From Planctomycetota bacterium (GTDB taxonomy: Bacteria; Planctomycetota; PLA2; JAEUHO01): a stretch of 64,000 nucleotides of DNA. A program made the translations under genes and the position numbers. The stretch is taken from NCBI GenBank assembly GCA_965222115.1, contig CBDCTJ010000001.1, positions 448,001 through 512,000 on the forward strand, read 5' to 3'. Positions within the stretch are counted from its first letter, which is position 1. Each line of letters opens with the position of its first letter. This document shows positions 58,278 to 64,000 of this stretch, in pieces. A model generated the notes under the pieces. It was not told the origin of the DNA and did no database searches. It worked only from the letters and a program-made list of their open reading frames with translations.

Positions 58278-60434
58278 GTGAAAGACTCCATCCGACGAAC
58301 GACCCTGCTATTTGCGATTCTGATTGCGGCAGCCGTAGCCGTATTCATTCTGCTACCTAACGACCAAGTAGACGATTCGACGAGCGGAGGCGTAGAACAT
58401 GCGGGCAACGTCGATACTTCATTGACCGAGGTGTCGCTACGAGGCACATCGAACGCCAAGCCACCACAATCACCATCAAGCGTCGAGTCGGACGGCGATG
58501 CCGCTAGATCGCTCGTACGATCACCGTGGACTTTGGAAATTACGGTCTTAGACCAGCACAATATACCAGTTACCAACAGGGTCGTGCCGCTGCAACTGCT
58601 TAGGGACGGTCAATCGCTGCACGGGTGGACAGCTACGACAGACGATGAAGGTGTGGCACGCTTTCCGAACGTAAATGCTATCGCTCATGCCGACGTGAAC
58701 ATGTACGGTTTTCGCCTTGTCGTTAGAATTCCCAGCACGTTGCCGGGAACCTTCGAACGCGACATTGGAGACGTTCGGTTGCTCCAACGTGAGTTTCAGG
58801 AAATGGCGCTCGTTCGATCGCTGAGACAGGTGACGGTTCGAAGGACTGTCCACGCAAGTGGTGATCGACAACGCTCACTCAAGGTCACAACACTCGAAGG
58901 CGTCGCACTGCCTGGCATCTACATTTCAGCCTTTCCGACTAAGCTGGACGTCATACATGTCCGAGACTTCGCTCGAACTGACAAACATGGGCGTGTGACG
59001 TATTCCATTCCCGATGATTGGCGCGGCACGGCACGATTGCTCATGGGCGGAGCGTTCAAATTCGAACAACGCGTAACGTTGAGCCGCGCAAATCAAGGCG
59101 CAATTTCGCTTGCGCCATCGATTAGCGGTCGGATTATTGATCGCGATGGTTATGGCGTAGCGGGAACTCGGTTGCGAATTCGACTCGCCAACGACCCCCT
59201 TGATTTCCGCAACACAATCAGCTTTTTTCCAGATTCTCTTGGAGGCACCGAGTTCTTTTGGCCTCTTTTCCTAGGCTCGGCTCCGCGTCCACTGGCGATC
59301 GCCTTGGAGGAGCGTTCCATTTATGCAGTATCAGACGATAACGGTTCCTTTGCATTCGCAGGACTAATGAAAGATGAACGTTACGAGATTCATGTGCTCG
59401 AGCCCGGGGGTGTGAATCGTCTAGCATCGGACGCTGTTCACGCGGGCGATACTCTAGGAATTTCTACAAATACCTCAAGAGTCACGGTGCGTATGTTCAA
59501 TCAGGAGACGGGCGAGGCGACGCGTGCGCCATGCTATGCAACACGCGTGTGGCGTGCGCCCACCCAAAAGATTGATCTTCGAGGGGTCGGCCGATCTGTC
59601 TGCCTCTCAACGGAACAGCGAGCGTGCGAAGCGACACTCCCAGTTGGAAGCATGTGGTTGATCGGCGCAAGCGTAAGAGGTTACAAACCAACGAGAATAC
59701 TGTTCACCGTGCCCGACGAAGAACGCGTGCGAGTAGACTTCGCGCTTACGCCTCGCGAGAAAGTGGCCCCTCTACGCGTTTACTGCCGCACGACAGATGG
59801 CGTAGCCATATCCAATCTGCCCTTAATGGTGACTCAACCGAACCGCGTCCCAGTCACATTTGACATCACGTGGGACGGCAACGTAGCACTCGTTCACTTT
59901 CTGGATCCGGAGGAAGCGCAATTTCGACTCGACATGAATCGACTTGAAGCGTGCACGGGCCGATTGCATAGATTCCTCATGCGCCCCTCTTGGCCCAGAT
60001 CATCGAAGGACGAGATCGCCAAGGGCGGCGTTCATCTAGATCTCGACATCGGCGGACGCGTGGAATGCCGAATCAAGTTTACGAACCTCACGTGGAATGT
60101 GGCAGATGCCCGTGTGCATATCAAGCAGCGCCCTGTTGACGAGGCCACCGGCAGTGCTACTGACCGCGCCTCAATTGATTCGTTTAGGCACGTGATTCCA
60201 CTCCAGATGATCCGACGAAATGCTCCGCAAGACACAAGCCATATTGAGTACGCCTTCGAGTCGAATGTGTTGGTTCCGGGCGTGTACGACTTAGAGATCC
60301 GGAATCTGCACGAAGATGCGGAGGGTCGTGAGACCACAGCGCCGCCCTCTCTGCATCCGAAGACGACCATCGAAGTCGTCAAAGGAAAGACCACGCCTGT
60401 CCACATGTCGATCGTGTTGCCCGAGCAACGGTAG
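58278..60434 (+). CDS. Membrane-anchored carboxypeptidase-regulatory-like protein (tandem copy 1)
   Basis: TM anchor; ISGRIIDRDGYGVAG; collinear with the next gene. Confidence 0.75.
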   Translation: MKDSIRRTTLLFAILIAAAVAVFILLPNDQVDDSTSGGVEHAGNVDTSLTEVSLRGTSNAKPPQSPSSVESDGDAARSLVRSPWTLEITVLDQHNIPVTNRVVPLQLLRDGQSLHGWTATTDDEGVARFPNVNAIAHADVNMYGFRLVVRIPSTLPGTFERDIGDVRLLQREFQEMALVRSLRQVTVRRTVHASGDRQRSLKVTTLEGVALPGIYISAFPTKLDVIHVRDFARTDKHGRVTYSIPDDWRGTARLLMGGAFKFEQRVTLSRANQGAISLAPSISGRIIDRDGYGVAGTRLRIRLANDPLDFRNTISFFPDSLGGTEFFWPLFLGSAPRPLAIALEERSIYAVSDDNGSFAFAGLMKDERYEIHVLEPGGVNRLASDAVHAGDTLGISTNTSRVTVRMFNQETGEATRAPCYATRVWRAPTQKIDLRGVGRSVCLSTEQRACEATLPVGSMWLIGASVRGYKPTRILFTVPDEERVRVDFALTPREKVAPLRVYCRTTDGVAISNLPLMVTQPNRVPVTFDITWDGNVALVHFLDPEEAQFRLDMNRLEACTGRLHRFLMRPSWPRSSKDEIAKGGVHLDLDIGGRVECRIKFTNLTWNVADARVHIKQRPVDEATGSATDRASIDSFRHVIPLQMIRRNAPQDTSHIEYAFESNVLVPGVYDLEIRNLHEDAEGRETTAPPSLHPKTTIEVVKGKTTPVHMSIVLPEQR

Positions 60435-60526
60435 ACGTGCTGCTATCGGCACACCTAAACTACGCGGTGAGCATTTGCGTCTCCATCGACACGCTTGAGA
60501 CAATCGCAAGTTAGAATTCCGCTTCA

Positions 60527-62701
60527 ATGTCGAACTCAGGTCTACAAAGAACTCTGCTGGCCGGCGTGCTGGTATCAGCGGCAATCGCGGCGTACTTCTT
60601 GCTGTCAGATTTGCATGGTAACGAAGCCACGAGCAACTGCGCGCAGCCATCAGCGGCGGACGATTCGCAGGAGCGCTTTGCCTCGCTTCGAGGAACGCCC
60701 AACACGAAGAAGATCACGAATCCAACAAACGCTGAATCGAGCAGTGAACCTGACAAAGCCATTGCATGGCCGCCGTGGAAGCTCGAACTCCTTGTATGGC
60801 ACTCGCAGAGAGCACCGCACGTGGATACCGAGATCACCCTGCGGTTGCGAAAGGAAAAGCAGACTATTCAAGAGTGGAATGCTCGAACGGATGACCAGGG
60901 AATTGCTCGATTCAAGAATATTGACATCGGCAAGTATGTGGAAACTGGAGGACTCGGCTACGAATTCGTAGCGACGCTGCCAGGCACACTACCGAGTCAA
61001 TACGATCGGAAACTTTGGAATGTACCTGGACTCCGTGCACTGCTCCGCGACTTGGCCTACGCGAATCCCGAGTCGACGATCACCCTTCGAGAAAACGTCG
61101 CGACCTTCGGGCATGCACAGAGGTCTGTTCGAATCACTACGTCGCAGGGCGTTCCGCTTTCAGGCGTTTGTCTCAGCGCGTTTCAACCGGAACTTGACTA
61201 TCGAATGGGCCTCTCGCCGCCCAAAACAGATCCGAGCGGACGAGCACACTTCCGCGTACCAGACGATTGGAAAGGCGAACTTCGACTACTTATGGCGGAT
61301 TCGTTTGACTTGAACAAGCGGATGAATATTGCCCGTGTAGGCGAGCAAGCTATTGCGCTCAGCCCCTCACTTGTAGGACGAGTCGTCGATAGCCAAGGAC
61401 AAGGCGTTTCAGGCGTGCCAGTAGATATCAGACTCGTGAGCGCGCCAAATTATCCAAGTGACACGATCGCCTGGCCCAAAGTGCCGATGACGATTGACGG
61501 CGTCGATGTTTTCGCGGCCGAGAGCACTATTGAGCTCGTCAGATCATTTCATCCAGATCTGGTTCGATGGAGTGTGCGCACGATTCGCGCCATCTCAAAC
61601 GACGATGGCGAGATTGCATTTGTTGGGCTTAAGCCAAACGAACCGTATGAAGTCTTCGTGATCGAACCTGGAGGCGCGAATCGTCAGGTATCAAAATCCA
61701 TTCGAGCCGGAGAGTCCCTTCGTATTGAAGTGAACCGTTCCGATGTGACATGGAGGTTGATCGATGCAGTCACAGGTGCCGCCGTCCATTCTTCGTGTTG
61801 GGTGCAGCGGGTGTGGCGCGCGCCCGATCCGTTGCTACGGATTCGTGACGACGCGTCCGACATCGCCCGAATTGAAATGAATATGGGGCCCTATGAGGTC
61901 AAGCTCCCTATGGGCAGCGTGTGGGTCGTTCGCGCGCGCGCGAAGGGCTACTTGCCGAAGGATGTCCTGTTCACTGTGCCCGACAAGGTGCAGGCGACGG
62001 CTGCAATCGCGCTCACACCGCGCAATAAGACGAAGCCTGTGTGCGTTCGGTGCCAAACCGCCGATGGCGAAACGCTGCGAGACTTACCACTCACGGTCAC
62101 GCAAGAGGGTCGCGGACCCCAAGTGTTTGATATCCAATGGCATGGCGATGTTGCGCACGTTCAGTACCTTGAAGCCGAGGAAGCGCAATTCAGGGCAAAT
62201 CTAGGGAAGTATGAGCAGAGCGAAGCGGAACCGTACCGATACCTATTGCCGCCCAAGTGGCCAGTAACCTCAAAGGATGTCATTGCCAAAGGGCAGGTCG
62301 ATCTAAAGTTTCAAGTGGGCGGCCGAGCGATCATGCGCCTCAAGATTGCGGGAACAACGGAGGATGCACCGGACGCCAGCATTCACATCACACCGCAGCC
62401 ATCCACCGAGACGCACGCTGACGCGACGAGTTCGCTCACGCACACAGCAGCCGAACGCTCGATTCCTCTCGCCAGGCTCTATCAGATCTCAAAACAAGGT
62501 AGCGGCCCAGCCGAATACGCATTTGAGACGCCTCCGCTCGCGCCCGGTACCTACGACGTAACATTTCGGTACCCCGAGAGGAACGCCGCTGTCATAACTT
62601 CCAAGAGGCCCGTGCCCCTGTCGGAGCACACGACCGTCGAAATCGTCAAAGGGAAAGACACGCCGGTCCTCATGTCGATCACGTTACCCGAGCATCGGTA
62701 A
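60527..62701 (+). CDS. Membrane-anchored carboxypeptidase-regulatory-like protein (tandem copy 2)
   Basis: LVGRVVDSQGQGVSG; C-terminus TTVEIVKGKDTPVLMSITLPEHR versus TTIEVVKGKTTPVHMSIVLPEQR in copy 1. Confidence 0.75.
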   Translation: MSNSGLQRTLLAGVLVSAAIAAYFLLSDLHGNEATSNCAQPSAADDSQERFASLRGTPNTKKITNPTNAESSSEPDKAIAWPPWKLELLVWHSQRAPHVDTEITLRLRKEKQTIQEWNARTDDQGIARFKNIDIGKYVETGGLGYEFVATLPGTLPSQYDRKLWNVPGLRALLRDLAYANPESTITLRENVATFGHAQRSVRITTSQGVPLSGVCLSAFQPELDYRMGLSPPKTDPSGRAHFRVPDDWKGELRLLMADSFDLNKRMNIARVGEQAIALSPSLVGRVVDSQGQGVSGVPVDIRLVSAPNYPSDTIAWPKVPMTIDGVDVFAAESTIELVRSFHPDLVRWSVRTIRAISNDDGEIAFVGLKPNEPYEVFVIEPGGANRQVSKSIRAGESLRIEVNRSDVTWRLIDAVTGAAVHSSCWVQRVWRAPDPLLRIRDDASDIARIEMNMGPYEVKLPMGSVWVVRARAKGYLPKDVLFTVPDKVQATAAIALTPRNKTKPVCVRCQTADGETLRDLPLTVTQEGRGPQVFDIQWHGDVAHVQYLEAEEAQFRANLGKYEQSEAEPYRYLLPPKWPVTSKDVIAKGQVDLKFQVGGRAIMRLKIAGTTEDAPDASIHITPQPSTETHADATSSLTHTAAERSIPLARLYQISKQGSGPAEYAFETPPLAPGTYDVTFRYPERNAAVITSKRPVPLSEHTTVEIVKGKDTPVLMSITLPEHR

Positions 62702-62762
62702 ACGCGCTGCGACTGCACCATTCGTAGTCATGGGCTCAGCCATTGACGTACGGTGATGGTGC

Positions 62763-64000
62763 ATGTCGCTCCACGAGTTCATTGCCATCGCGACGTTGGT
62801 CGTTGCCGTCGTCCTGTTTATTTCCGAGGCCATTCCGCTTGCGCTGACGGCGCTCTTCATTCCAGTGGTGCTGGCTGTCACGGGCACACTGGAGAGTCCC
62901 GATCAAGCGCTGGCGGGATTTGGCAATCCGGCTGTTATTGCCTTAGCCGCGATCTTTGTGATGGGTGCAGGTCTCAAGGAGAGCGGCGTGGCCACGTTGA
63001 TGGCGCGCGGACTTGAGCATGTGGGCGGACGCAGCGAAGCGCGTCTCGTGATTGCCATCATGGTGTCGGTCGCCGTACTGTCGGCGCTCATGTCCAACGC
63101 GGCAACGGTCGCGGTCTTCTTGCCTGCGGTGGCCGCGTTGGCGCGCCGGGCCGATGTGCCCACGTCGCGTCTCATGATGCCACTCTCGTTTGCGGCCATC
63201 GTGGGCGGCATTCTCACGATCATCGGCACGACCCCAAACATCATTCTCGCCGAGGACATGCGCAGTCGTTCCGGAACGGCATTGGATGCGATGGTCTTTC
63301 TAAAGGTTGGCGCTCCGGTGGTGGCGGCGTCCATCGCCTACATGGTGCTTGTGGGTCGCAAGCTTCTGCCTGCCGTTTCGAGTGCGGAACGCTTGGGAGG
63401 TGTGTCGCTACCGGGAGACGTGGCCAACGCCTACGGCATCGCGGAGAACCTCTATCGCATGCGCGTCAGTGAACGCTCACCTTTGGTGGGTCAAAAACTG
63501 AAGGACGCAAACATGGGCGGTGTCTGGGATTTGAAACTTGTGTTGGTTTCCCGCGCCAAGGGATCGCGACGACGACCGATTCATCCACATCCGGACCTCG
63601 TGTTTCAAGCGGGGGACGAACTCTACGTCGAAGGCGAAACGAGGAGTGCGTGGCGACTTTCAGAAGACATGAAGGTGCAGTTCGGCATGACCGACGCGTC
63701 GGCCGTCGCTCAACTTTTTGAACAGGGCATCCTCTTGGCCGAAGCGGCGATTCCGCCACGTTCAGAAGTCATTGGCAAGACCCTTCGAGATCTTGAGTTT
63801 CGCAAAGTGTTCGACCTCTCGGCGCTGGCCATTTTGCGACGCGACAAGGTGATCTCATCTGACCTCGCCGACATTCCGCTTGAACTCGGTGACGGTTTCC
63901 TCGTATCGGGAAGCGCAGCCAAAGTACGCGCGCTTGCGAGAGATCACCGTTTCATCGTGCTCACGCAAGACACATCCGGCGAAGATGTCTCCCGTGCACC
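62763..64000 (+). CDS. SLC13/CitMHS-type anion permease with TrkA-C domains (runs off the window)
   Basis: Missing from the ORF track because no stop lies in the window; MSLHEFIAIATLVVAVVLF, GFGNPAVI, SALMSNAATV, LMMPLSF, GGILTIIGTTPNII. Confidence 0.85.
   Translation, partial: MSLHEFIAIATLVVAVVLFISEAIPLALTALFIPVVLAVTGTLESPDQALAGFGNPAVIALAAIFVMGAGLKESGVATLMARGLEHVGGRSEARLVIAIMVSVAVLSALMSNAATVAVFLPAVAALARRADVPTSRLMMPLSFAAIVGGILTIIGTTPNIILAEDMRSRSGTALDAMVFLKVGAPVVAASIAYMVLVGRKLLPAVSSAERLGGVSLPGDVANAYGIAENLYRMRVSERSPLVGQKLKDANMGGVWDLKLVLVSRAKGSRRRPIHPHPDLVFQAGDELYVEGETRSAWRLSEDMKVQFGMTDASAVAQLFEQGILLAEAAIPPRSEVIGKTLRDLEFRKVFDLSALAILRRDKVISSDLADIPLELGDGFLVSGSAAKVRALARDHRFIVLTQDTSGEDVSRA

Noticed and set aside
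1-64000. CRISPR array, rRNA, tRNA (including tRNA-Sec), selA/selB/selD
   Set aside because: None recognised by eye. The Sec machinery would have to lie outside this window, which remains the key unverified point.

Overview
GC-rich bacterial DNA. The gene repertoire (seven carboxypeptidase-regulatory-like surface proteins, tricorn protease, bactofilins, DUF4382) suggests Planctomycetota, which is an inference. The main result is a three-member family of secreted, Lys-rich thioredoxin-like-fold proteins (7017-7808 -, 7941-8744 -, 51989-52747 +) that the ORF track splits in two. Each has an RBS and a signal peptide, then an in-frame TGA next to a Cys at the predicted mature N-terminus (G-U-C, G-U-C, GGG-C-U-G), then a SECIS-like hairpin. 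In the two tandem copies the hairpins sit in the same register with compensatory changes. Two copies 43 kb apart share a GGGAAACC-N16-CGTCCCATGT ECF-type promoter motif. These are probably unannotated selenoproteins, and the window also carries a putative selenate-type PhnDCEE ABC importer with a divergent CysL/Se-type LysR. Other content: a CydA-like/cytochrome c fusion with a partner subunit and a cytochrome c'; a duplicated [surface protein / Clp-N-only] module; an IS3-family element joining a truncated caspase-like gene to a truncated MauE-like gene; a solo IS end; a bioB-bioF/D fusion-bioA operon; and a partial SLC13 permease. No rRNA, tRNA or CRISPR was seen. All family calls are from motif recognition, not database searches.
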